From a virus, in the IMG/VR virus record IMGVR_UViG_3300028800_000060, positions 32,001-96,000 of that record: a stretch of DNA of 64,000 bases; one strand, written 5' to 3'. Shown here in pieces: positions 1 to 8,077 of the stretch (its first letter is position 1; each line of letters opens with the position of its first letter). The notes beneath the pieces were generated by a model. That model was not told where the DNA came from. It made no database searches and saw only the letters and a program-made list of their open reading frames with translations. The translations under genes and the position numbers were made by a program.

Positions 1-115
1 TAATGGTAATTATACTAATTGGGGATATTCTAGAACCGATGTAGGATGTCTGGTTTTGTATTATAGGCCCGTTTCTGTAGATATTAAAGTTTGGTAGATA
101 TTTAAAAGACATTTC

Positions 116-1609
116 ATGCTTACAATTGAAAATTTTTCCGATCTTCATCCTTTAGCTTATGAGCTATTGGTAAATGTTATCATGGATTCAGATAGTTACA
201 AGACCAGCCATTGGATGCAATATCCTCCTGGAACAGAGTTTGTTGTTAGCTATCTTGAAAGCCGCGGCGGCCAATTTGCCAAGACACGACAATTTGGTTA
301 TCAATATCTTATTAAGAATCAATTTGCGGGTGTTGTGATCACCCACGAAATGATTGATGTTGCCAAATTTATTATTGTCCAACATATGGGCGGTATTCCG
401 GAATACTTTAATGAAGCGGGATGGCGCTATATTGTTGATGTCTGCGGTGGAAAATTACCGATTTCTATTAGAATTATTCCAGAAGGATATCTTGTAGAAG
501 TCCATAATGCTTTAGCAGTAGTAATAAATACTGATCCTAGATGTTTTTGGTTAGTTAATTATCTTGAAACGGCATTTCATCGAGCGTGGTATCCTGTCAC
601 CGTCGCCACTCTTAGTGGAGAAATTAAGAAAATTATTCTTGAATTCTTAGAAACTTCTGGAACTCCTGCTCTTATCGATTTCATGTTGCAAGACTTTGGT
701 TCTCGTGGAGTGACATGTCGCGAACAAGCTATGATTGGTGGTGCTTCACATGCCGTCAATTTTAAGGGTTCGGATACAATGGTTGCAATTGGTATGCTTG
801 CACGGTATTACAAAGCTTCGAAGGTTCCTTTTTTCTCTGTTCCGGCGGCCGAGCATAGCACGATTACAACATGGACAAAAAAACACGAAGTAGATGCAGT
901 AGAAAATATGCTGGATAAGTATCCAACAGGAATTGTCTCTATCGTTGGCGATTCTTTTGATATTTTCAATTTCTGTAAAGAAATTCTTGGAAAGCAATTA
1001 CGTGAAAAAGTAATGCGCAGGAATGGTGTAGTTGTTGTCCGACCGGATTCGAGTGATGGAGTAAAATATACCATAGAATCCGTTGTGCTTTCATTGCTCA
1101 ATATCCTTGATGGGGCTTTTGGTTCAGAACTTAACTCTAAAGGATATAGAGTCCTTCCTCCCTTCATTCGTGTTTTGCAAGGTGATGGAATGAACATTCA
1201 TTCTCTGCGCCGTTTGTGTGCGGCTATTGTGGCTGCCGGTTGGTCGTTAGATAATATTGCTTGTTTTGGTATGGGTGGTAAATTATTACAAGGAGTGGAT
1301 CGCGATACTCAGAGATTTGCTTTCAAGTGTTGTGCCATTTATGTTAATGGTGTTTGGCAAGAAGTTTATAAAGATCCTATTACCGATCCTGGTAAGACTT
1401 CGATTCGTGGAATTCCACATGTACTTTATCGCCAGGGAAGTGGTTTTAGAACAATGACTAGTTTAGATCTTTCACCGAAATATGGTGATCGATTGGTTGA
1501 AATTTTCCATAATGGTGAAATAGTCGTTGAAACTACTTTTGATGAAATTTTGGAAAATGTCGCAAAAGATGATTATGGTATTGTTATGAGTACCAAGAAT
1601 GGAAAATAA
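116..1609 (+). CDS. nadV: Nicotinamide phosphoribosyltransferase (NAMPT)
   Basis: DSYKTSH, DFGSRG, PAAEHS, VVRPDS, QGDG, FGMGG, KDPITDPGK motifs of NAMPT. Confidence 0.95.
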   Translation: MLTIENFSDLHPLAYELLVNVIMDSDSYKTSHWMQYPPGTEFVVSYLESRGGQFAKTRQFGYQYLIKNQFAGVVITHEMIDVAKFIIVQHMGGIPEYFNEAGWRYIVDVCGGKLPISIRIIPEGYLVEVHNALAVVINTDPRCFWLVNYLETAFHRAWYPVTVATLSGEIKKIILEFLETSGTPALIDFMLQDFGSRGVTCREQAMIGGASHAVNFKGSDTMVAIGMLARYYKASKVPFFSVPAAEHSTITTWTKKHEVDAVENMLDKYPTGIVSIVGDSFDIFNFCKEILGKQLREKVMRRNGVVVVRPDSSDGVKYTIESVVLSLLNILDGAFGSELNSKGYRVLPPFIRVLQGDGMNIHSLRRLCAAIVAAGWSLDNIACFGMGGKLLQGVDRDTQRFAFKCCAIYVNGVWQEVYKDPITDPGKTSIRGIPHVLYRQGSGFRTMTSLDLSPKYGDRLVEIFHNGEIVVETTFDEILENVAKDDYGIVMSTKNGK

Positions 1610-1612
1610 TAC

Positions 1613-2152
1613 ATGAAAAACTTTTTCTTTTCTTTTCTGTTAGTATGCTCCGTTTTATTTGGACAGACAGCACATGTAAATACCAGTATCGATAATACCA
1701 AATACGATAAAGAACTTGTTCGGATCCAAAAATGGGTCAGACAGTATCAACATAAGTTTGGTATGGATGGTATCGATATTGGAGTATCTGTTGTTTCTCT
1801 GAAAGACCTTCAACCAAATACATGTGGTGATTCTTTATGGATATTGAAATTTGGGTTTCATTATGGAATCATACATGTCTTGCGCTTTGAAGATTATAAT
1901 TTACCAGGAAAACCTTGTCATTTTGCAAACCCCAGAAAAGATCAGGAAAATACGGTTGTTCATGAATTTGGCCATTTTGTTTTGAAATATGCAGAAGATG
2001 AAGAAATGGCGGTTTCTGTCTTTTCGAATATAATTGTACCAGAAAAGCCTATTAAAGAAAAGCCGAAAAAGGAACTACCTAAAAAGAAACCAATACCCAG
2101 TGATCTGATTTTTAACGATTATCAAAACCAACATTATCAGAATTTCCAATAA
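1613..2152 (+). CDS. Exported protein with HExxH zinc-peptidase-like motif
   Basis: N-terminal signal peptide MKNFFFSFLLVCSVLFG; VVHEFGH. Confidence 0.55.
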   Translation: MKNFFFSFLLVCSVLFGQTAHVNTSIDNTKYDKELVRIQKWVRQYQHKFGMDGIDIGVSVVSLKDLQPNTCGDSLWILKFGFHYGIIHVLRFEDYNLPGKPCHFANPRKDQENTVVHEFGHFVLKYAEDEEMAVSVFSNIIVPEKPIKEKPKKELPKKKPIPSDLIFNDYQNQHYQNFQ

Positions 2153-2162
2153 GTATTCACCA

Positions 2163-2210
2163 AAAAATAGCGTCAAAAGAGGCAAAACCTCTTTTGACGC
2201 TATTTTTGTT
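2163..2210. terminator. Long perfect hairpin, probable bidirectional intrinsic terminator
   Basis: 20-bp perfect stem aaaaatagcgtcaaaagagg/cctcttttgacgctattttt, 5-nt loop, A- and T-tracts at the base. Confidence 0.85.
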
Positions 2211-2252
2211 TGTCCATAGACTTTTGTTGTTCTGATAGCTTTAAGAGTACTT

Positions 2253-2278
2253 GATCCCCGACGATCCCAGACTGGCCA
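2253..2278 (+). repeat. Dispersed 10-bp-periodic intergenic element, copy 1
   Basis: gatccccgacgatcccagac is identical to 40700-40719. Confidence 0.8.
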
Positions 2279-2415
2279 TTCGATTTTCGAAGCTAGAATG
2301 ATGAAAGATGCTAGATTTTTATTATCCTATTACAAAAATGACGTTTATTTTTTCTTGACAAATTGATTGACAAGAGTTATAATTGTTGTGTAGCCTATTT
2401 GAGATGGTATAAATT

Positions 2416-3360
2416 ATGACTTGTTGGAACGAAATAAAGAAATTAACTGGACAAAATACAAATGTGTCCAAGTATGTTTTTTCTAAAGATGATGCGGTAG
2501 CAGAATCGGTACTTTATAAGTACCCCACATATCAAGAGAGAACGGTAATCTGTTGCTCCACCCAGAGTGGTTGTCCCGTAGGATGCCGTTTCTGTGGTTC
2601 AGGAGATTATTTTGTTCGTAATCTAACAACCAAAGAAATTCTTTCACAACCACTGGCTTTGTTGGAACAAACAGGAGTTGATCCTAATAGTATCAATAAA
2701 CTCCAGATTATGTTTATGAGTATGGGAGAACCTATGCTTAATCAAAAGCAATTATTTCCCGCACTACGTAAACTATATGAATTGTACCCCGAGGCAGCTT
2801 TACTCATTTCGACTATTGGTCCTTCATTGGATTATTATGAATTTTATCAAATTAGCCGAGAAATTCCGACAATTGGTTTACAATTCTCAGTTCATGAGAG
2901 TACTGATGTTGCCCGTGATCAATTGATTCCTTTCCGGAATAAAATGAGCTTACAAGAACTTGCTTGTGTTGGTGAAAATTGGTTTTATGAAACTGGCGGA
3001 AGACATCCATTTTTCAATTATTGCGCGAACGTACACAATACGACGGATGCGGATGTTGAGAGATTAGAACGATTATTTGATCCTTCTATATTCCAAGCAA
3101 CTATTTCGGTAATTTGTGAACGTGAAGAGACAGTGGCGGCATCTAATAGCCGTCAAAAGCAATTGGCATTAGATTTTATGCAAAAATTAAATTATTCCGG
3201 ATATTCTACCAGATGTTTTGATCCTGCGGGCCAAGATGACATTGGTGGTGGATGTGGTCAGTTATGGTATGTCCAAGATTGGATGAAAAATAACCCAGGA
3301 CATGTTCGTCCTAGTGTGGGACATGGTTTAGTTAGAATTCATACTCCTAAAAATAGTTGA
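2416..3360 (+). CDS. RlmN/Cfr-family radical SAM RNA methyltransferase-like protein
   Basis: CCSTQSGCPVGCRFC (CxxxCxxC plus resolving Cys), MSMGEP, SVH, DIGGGCGQL (methyl-carrier Cys). Confidence 0.88.
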   Translation: MTCWNEIKKLTGQNTNVSKYVFSKDDAVAESVLYKYPTYQERTVICCSTQSGCPVGCRFCGSGDYFVRNLTTKEILSQPLALLEQTGVDPNSINKLQIMFMSMGEPMLNQKQLFPALRKLYELYPEAALLISTIGPSLDYYEFYQISREIPTIGLQFSVHESTDVARDQLIPFRNKMSLQELACVGENWFYETGGRHPFFNYCANVHNTTDADVERLERLFDPSIFQATISVICEREETVAASNSRQKQLALDFMQKLNYSGYSTRCFDPAGQDDIGGGCGQLWYVQDWMKNNPGHVRPSVGHGLVRIHTPKNS

Positions 3361-3421
3361 AATCAGAATTATTTTGTGTTATTCTGTAAGTATAGAAAAA
3401 TGATAATGAAAAGGAATAATC

Positions 3422-4438
3422 ATGTCGGATCATAAATGTGAGGTAGTTCCAGTAGTGTTGGAAAAGCATCCAAATGCCGATGCTCTTTCCATTGTGAATG
3501 TGTTTGATGGATACCAGGTCTGTGTGCGTACGGCAGATTGGACGGGAGTCGATGTGGGGGTTTATATTCCTCCCGATTCTATAGTTCCTGATACCGAACA
3601 ATTCAAATTCCTTGAGGGACATTTGCGAATTAAAGCTAAGAAACTTCGTGGTATTGAAAGCTATGGTCTATTAGTTCCTGTTCCGTTAATGGATGACCCC
3701 ATTGGATGGAATAAGAAAGAATTTGAAATTGGAGAGGATCTTTCTGAGGAGATGGGAATCAAACACTATGAACCTGAAATGTCCTCATTCATTAAACGGT
3801 CGGTAGGTAATTTTTCTGATCCACCTCCCATCGCCGGTTCCATTTATGATATGGAAGCCTGGAAGAAATACGGACATGAATTTGTGGATGGAGAAGAAGT
3901 TGTAATTACTGAAAAGATCCATGGTACAAATTCAAGATATACATTCCAGAATGGACGAATGTATTGTGGATCTCATAATACATGGAAGAAACAAGATCCT
4001 GATGGTACGACTCAAAATATTTATTGGAACATACTTACAATCCATCCATGGGTAGAAGCGTTTTGTCGTTTGAATCCGAATGTTATTTTGTATGGAGAAA
4101 TTTTTGGTGAAGTGCAGAAAGGTTTTAATTATGGCTCAACTCAAGACAATCCTTACCAGTTTCGTGCTTTTGATGTGTACGCCGGTGGGCGTTTCCTTGA
4201 TTACGATGATGCTCTTGGCAACGCCAGCAGTGATTTTTTGGTTCCCGTCCTCTACCGGGGACCATATTCTTCTGAGGTTGTTGTAAAGCATACATCCGGT
4301 TTAACTACATTAGGACGAGGACATATTAGAGAAGGTGTTGTTATTAAACCCACCAAGGAACGTTATAGTGAAAGATTACGGGGACGTCTTATTCTCAAGA
4401 ATGTATCTATAGAATATTTGGAAGGAAAAAAGAAATGA
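3422..4438 (+). CDS. RNA ligase, DRB0094/Rnl5 family
   Basis: N-terminal HPNADAL...KLRGIESYGL OB-like domain; TEKIHGTN, YGEIFG, FRAFDV, REGVVIK ligase motifs. Confidence 0.9.
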   Translation: MSDHKCEVVPVVLEKHPNADALSIVNVFDGYQVCVRTADWTGVDVGVYIPPDSIVPDTEQFKFLEGHLRIKAKKLRGIESYGLLVPVPLMDDPIGWNKKEFEIGEDLSEEMGIKHYEPEMSSFIKRSVGNFSDPPPIAGSIYDMEAWKKYGHEFVDGEEVVITEKIHGTNSRYTFQNGRMYCGSHNTWKKQDPDGTTQNIYWNILTIHPWVEAFCRLNPNVILYGEIFGEVQKGFNYGSTQDNPYQFRAFDVYAGGRFLDYDDALGNASSDFLVPVLYRGPYSSEVVVKHTSGLTTLGRGHIREGVVIKPTKERYSERLRGRLILKNVSIEYLEGKKK

Positions 4439-4725
4439 TTAAATTTGAAAAAACGCCGCAATTAAACGATCATACATATGAATCTGGGAATATTCCTCCC
4501 GGAAAAACTTTTATGTGCAGGTATAAAAATGATGAAAATGATTGTGATGACTGTCCTAATGCCATTTATATGATGGTAAATCCTAGAATGGATGGGGAGG
4601 GAGTATGTGACATCTTGGTTAACCTAAAAACCGGATTAGGTACTCCATGTATACAAGATGGCAAGTATTTGATGTTAACAGATTTCCGCTTTGTAGACAT
4701 TATGGCAAAGTGTAAAAACGCCTGA
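4435..4725 (+). CDS. Hypothetical protein
   Basis: ATGA overlap with upstream gene. Confidence 0.6.
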   Translation: MIKFEKTPQLNDHTYESGNIPPGKTFMCRYKNDENDCDDCPNAIYMMVNPRMDGEGVCDILVNLKTGLGTPCIQDGKYLMLTDFRFVDIMAKCKNA

Positions 4726-4903
4726 AAAATGAAGAACCAAAAAGAACTTATATGGTTAACTGACGACTTGATTGCTCGTCTTAACCATATAAGAAATCGG
4801 GCAAATAAACCCGATTTCTCTCGAAAAGAGTGGGAGTTATATATTAACCAGTTTTCGGTGTTAGAAATTGAAACTCTGAAAAATTGGTTGGGAATATAAA
4901 TAA

Positions 4904-5257
4904 ATGCCTAAAATAAAAACCAAAGTAAAAAAGCGAATCGAGGAAGTTAAAAATAAATATTTCCAGTGGACTTTCGAAGTCTCAGGAACTTATAATCCTG
5001 ATGGTGACTCTAACTTTTTAGGCAAAGTAAAAGATGAGGCTGGAAGAGTTGTAATGACCATTAAAGAAGATCCAGATTTCAATCAACTCTCACGCCTAAT
5101 TCGGACATCAAAATATCTAACTAAACCTACCGATATGAAAGGCCTGGCCGAATACATTTGGGATCGTAATTTACTTCCTATGGATCCTGAAGATAAAGCG
5201 GAATGGCAAAAGAAAAAGCGTATTCCTATTGACGTTAAGTATATAACCGTCATATAA
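4904..5257 (+). CDS. Hypothetical protein (late-promoter driven)
   Basis: ORF directly after TATAAATA at 4895-4902. Confidence 0.6.
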   Translation: MPKIKTKVKKRIEEVKNKYFQWTFEVSGTYNPDGDSNFLGKVKDEAGRVVMTIKEDPDFNQLSRLIRTSKYLTKPTDMKGLAEYIWDRNLLPMDPEDKAEWQKKKRIPIDVKYITVI

Positions 5258-5265
5258 TAGTAAAT

Positions 5266-5532
5266 ATGCTTCAAGAAAAACGACAGCTATGTAGAGCTTG
5301 TGCTTTAGGTGATAATAAATTGAGCCATAATGGCGATCCCTATTCATGCATAAATGGAAGAGAAGAACTGATTAAATATCTTCCCGCAAAAGAACAATTG
5401 GTACAATTGTTAATACACGAGAGATTATCACATGATATGTTGGAATATATTGAAGCACTGGCAAAAGAAAGAAATAAAACTCCGATTGAAATTATTCGTG
5501 AGGAAGGATTAAATTTACTAGAAAATATTTAG
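5266..5532 (+). CDS. Hypothetical protein
   Basis: Co-oriented ORF, CxxC near N terminus. Confidence 0.55.
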   Translation: MLQEKRQLCRACALGDNKLSHNGDPYSCINGREELIKYLPAKEQLVQLLIHERLSHDMLEYIEALAKERNKTPIEIIREEGLNLLENI

Positions 5533-5577
5533 CAGCCGTGGCTGCGTTATATATTTTCTAGTAAGATTCATTTTTGT

Positions 5578-5606
5578 TTGACATCCTAAACGAGGTATGA
5601 TACAAT
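5578..5606 (+). promoter_or_regulatory. Sigma70-type early promoter
   Basis: TTGACA-17 bp-TGnTACAAT. Confidence 0.8.
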
Positions 5607-5820
5607 GGTAGTGAAGAAGAAAGCTAGTCAGTTGCGTGTAAATGATAAGATTTTAGGCAATACAAATTATTATATTATTACATCTGTAAAAAATAGTACT
5701 TTTACCGGAAGTACATATCCAGTTATTGAAGTAGTCGATGCCTTTGGAAATAAAAAGACTATCGAAACTGGATCTAGTGAGAAGTTGCAGGATCATATTT
5801 ACGAAGTTGAAGTAATGTAA
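5605..5820 (+). CDS. Hypothetical protein (true start probably GTG 5611)
   Basis: ORF between promoter and tRNA-Ser; annotated ATG overlaps the -10 box. Confidence 0.55.
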   Translation: MVVKKKASQLRVNDKILGNTNYYIITSVKNSTFTGSTYPVIEVVDAFGNKKTIETGSSEKLQDHIYEVEVM

Positions 5821-5824
5821 AAAT

Positions 5825-5914
5825 GGAGGGTTGGCAGAGTCCGGCTGATCGCGACTGGTTGCTAACCAGTTAGGCCTCGCAAGGGCCTCATAGGTTCAAA
5901 TCCTATATCCTCCG
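5825..5914 (+). tRNA. tRNA-Ser(GCT)
   Basis: GGAGGGT/ATCCTCC acceptor, ACTGG-TTGCTAA-CCAGT, long variable arm, GTTCAAATC; CCA not encoded. Confidence 0.92.
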
Positions 5915-5922
5915 GAGGTTTT

Positions 5923-5986
5923 TATGTAGTTAGTAAGGTGCTTACGTGTTAAATGGCTGATTCAGTCTTGCCAGGAAAGCTACATA
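5923..5986 (+). ncRNA. Unassigned structured RNA between tRNA-Ser and tRNA-Arg
   Basis: 9-bp closing stem tatgtagtt/agctacata enclosing two hairpins. Confidence 0.4.
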
Positions 5987-5987
5987 C

Positions 5988-6063
5988 GCCCCTATCGTCT
6001 AATAGGATAAGGCATTGGTCTTCTAAACCAACAACCGGGGTTCGAATCCCTGTAGGGGTACCA
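5988..6063 (+). tRNA. tRNA-Arg(TCT)
   Basis: GCCCCTA/TAGGGGT-A-CCA, TTGGT-CTTCTAA-ACCAA, GGTTCGAATCC. Confidence 0.95.
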
Positions 6064-6086
6064 AATTATTTGAAAGGTGAATTATT

Positions 6087-6302
6087 ATGACAATTGACGA
6101 TGCTCTTATTAGACTCAACCAATTAAAAGAAGATTGGGGAGGTAATGAACCTTTGTTTCTTGTTGATAGAAGAGATAATCGATTATTCAACGAAAGACCT
6201 TTGGGTCATAATGACATGTGTCCTCCAACTGGTAAAATTTATATAGGTTATGGATACAATCAAAATGCTTCAATTGACATCTTTGATGATTTTTGGGATT
6301 AG
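6087..6302 (+). CDS. Hypothetical protein
   Basis: AAGGTGA RBS upstream. Confidence 0.6.
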   Translation: MTIDDALIRLNQLKEDWGGNEPLFLVDRRDNRLFNERPLGHNDMCPPTGKIYIGYGYNQNASIDIFDDFWD

Positions 6303-6464
6303 GTGAATCTTATGAACGCAAGAACAACGCCCTTCTAAGGCGGGTGTTGGGATATGAAAATTTTGGTTGTTATTTTCCTTGCTCACTATGTGATTTATTA
6401 GATGCTAATAAATTTGCATGTGTCATGCAGGTAATGTTATATGATTTTAATAGGGATAACTAGA

Positions 6465-6494
6465 TTGACATTTATGTTTCTTGTGTGATATACT
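6465..6494 (+). promoter_or_regulatory. Sigma70-type promoter for tRNA-Ile
   Basis: TTGACA-18 bp-TGnTATACT. Confidence 0.75.
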
Positions 6495-6512
6495 TGATTT
6501 GTTGAAAGAAAT

Positions 6513-6587
6513 GGCCCCATAATTCAGTGGTAGAAAGCTCTCCTTATAAGGGGTATGTCGGTGGTTCGAATCCATCTGGGGCTACCA
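6513..6587 (+). tRNA. tRNA-Ile(TAT)
   Basis: GGCCCCA/TGGGGCT-A-CCA, anticodon loop CTTATAA, GGTTCGAATCC. Confidence 0.88.
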
Positions 6588-6593
6588 TATCAA

Positions 6594-6629
6594 AATCGAA
6601 CCTCTACAATATTTAGTAGAGGTTCGATT
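6594..6629 (+). promoter_or_regulatory. 14-bp inverted repeat hairpin sequestering the RBS of the HNH gene
   Basis: aatcgaacctctac/gtagaggttcgatt; AGAGG lies in the 3' arm and the ATG is at 6632. Confidence 0.75.
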
Positions 6630-6631
6630 AT

Positions 6632-7128
6632 ATGAAATTTTGTCCTAAATGTAAAAAAGAACGTTCTAAACACGGAATATTTTGTAGTAGATCTTGTGCT
6701 AATTCTCGGAAATTTTCCGAGGTATCTTGTCAAAAGAAATCGGAATCTAATAAGAACTGGTATCTCCCGAATATAAAAAATCCTTATTAGAAAAAAGTAT
6801 TTTCTCAAAAAGAAGTATTGATAAATCCCAAAAGATTAAGCAACAAATAAAAGATGGACGTCTTTGGGAAGAGTTGTGTTATGATCTAAAGAAAGAAAAA
6901 GTAAGATTAGAACAAAATGGATTCTGTAATAAATGTGGTTTAAATACATGGTTAAATGAACCAATTGTATTGGAAATTCATCACATTGACCATGATAGTA
7001 TAAATGATACGCGAGAAAATTTAGAAGGTTTATGTCCTAATTGTCATTCGGTGACAGATAATTGGAGAGGTCGAGGAAAGAAATTTAAACGGAATAAACT
7101 TAACAAAAAGAAGATTTCTTCTTTTTGA
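6632..7128 (+). pseudogene. Frameshifted HNH homing endonuclease
   Basis: 5' frame MKFCPKC...FCSRSCANS stops at TAG 6788-6790; the -1 frame is open from 6754 and encodes CNKC...LEIHHIDHDSINDTRENLEGLCPNCH. Confidence 0.8.
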
Positions 7129-7153
7129 CATTTACACTTTGTTGTGATATATT
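7125..7153 (+). promoter_or_regulatory. Sigma70-type promoter upstream of tRNA-Lys
   Basis: TTGACA-17 bp-TGnTATATT. Confidence 0.75.
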
Positions 7154-7241
7154 AGATGAGTATGACAACACACAATTTTGTGGTTGTTTACCATTAGTTC
7201 ATTATGTAGGTGAATGTTCGCATGCGATATTTTAAAGTTTT

Positions 7242-7316
7242 GACCTGGTAGCTCAATGGTAGAGCTTTCGGCTTTTAACCGAAAGGTTGTGGGTTCGAGT
7301 CCCACCCGGGTCACCA
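7242..7316 (+). tRNA. tRNA-Lys(TTT)
   Basis: GACCTGG/CCGGGTC-A-CCA, TTCGG-CTTTTAA-CCGAA. Confidence 0.95.
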
Positions 7317-7325
7317 AAAGTTTGT

Positions 7326-7420
7326 GTCCCTTAGTGGTGAAGGTATAGCCTTCCTCAGCAAAGAATAAACTTTGTCAGGGACCGCCCGTCTTAGACCACG
7401 GTAATTACCGTGAATCTAAA
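7326..7420 (+). ncRNA. Unassigned structured RNA after tRNA-Lys
   Basis: gtccct/agggac three-way junction plus cacggt/accgtg hairpin. Confidence 0.4.
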
Positions 7421-7444
7421 TCCGTAAAGAAAAAGGAAAACTAT

Positions 7445-7789
7445 ATGATTAAATTTGAAACACCGTATCTTGGAAAGGTAATTATCCGATTCAAGCATTA
7501 TCTTCCAAAAGTTGTTGTCCCTAACCAAAACAATTCTCTGGTTTCAATTGTGAATGGAATTAAGTTAATTCCTGGTCACACCGAATGTATTTTGCAGATT
7601 GATTGCGACCAGAATAATCAACCATTGTATCAATTTTTTGGTTTCGCAGATCTTCATCCTTCTGATAATTATAAGAAGGAGACGGGACGAGTTTTGGCTC
7701 TTAATCGTGCTGTTGAAGCTATGACCGAATCGGAACTTTTTGGAGATGCAGATTCACGCGCAGTTATGGCTGGATATTATAGTCGTTAA
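7445..7789 (+). CDS. Hypothetical phage protein
   Basis: AAGGA RBS; HPSDNYKKETGRVLALNRA motif seen in phage proteins. Confidence 0.65.
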   Translation: MIKFETPYLGKVIIRFKHYLPKVVVPNQNNSLVSIVNGIKLIPGHTECILQIDCDQNNQPLYQFFGFADLHPSDNYKKETGRVLALNRAVEAMTESELFGDADSRAVMAGYYSR

Positions 7790-7825
7790 AAGTAGTATGT
7801 GGCCTTCGGGCCACTGGAGTATTTT

Positions 7826-8077
7826 ATGAAATTAAAAATTGGTGATCTAATTAAAGCATACCATTCTGGTATTCATGAAGTAACAGTAGAACCCGGATAT
7901 GCTAAGACTGTTGGGTATAAACAAGTTTATACTAATGAAGGAAAACCTTTTAGGGGTAAAAATTATGTTTGTCATGTGGATTATTGCCGAAAGATTGACC
8001 CCGAATGGATTGAAGGGGAAGTTGCAATTCATAAACTAGTTATAAAGCAATTATATGATTTAATTAACCATGTTTGA
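7826..8077 (+). CDS. Hypothetical protein
   Basis: GGAG RBS before ATG 7826; LKIGDLI SH3-like start. Confidence 0.6.
   Translation: MKLKIGDLIKAYHSGIHEVTVEPGYAKTVGYKQVYTNEGKPFRGKNYVCHVDYCRKIDPEWIEGEVAIHKLVIKQLYDLINHV

Noticed and set aside
5923-5986. Type III hammerhead ribozyme (CUGA and GAAA present in the right order)
   Set aside because: The core reads CUGAUUCA rather than CUGANGA, and stems I and II do not flank the core properly.
6299-6320. Shared ttaggtgaatctt at 6299 and 40017
   Set aside because: A 13-nt match built around an SD-like AGGTGA in AT-rich DNA, with unrelated flanks; likely chance.
7132-7317. Short ORFs overlapping tRNA/tmRNA genes (also 11044-11301, 11710-12000, 16930-17304, 58144-58386)
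   Set aside because: These are antisense translations of RNA genes.
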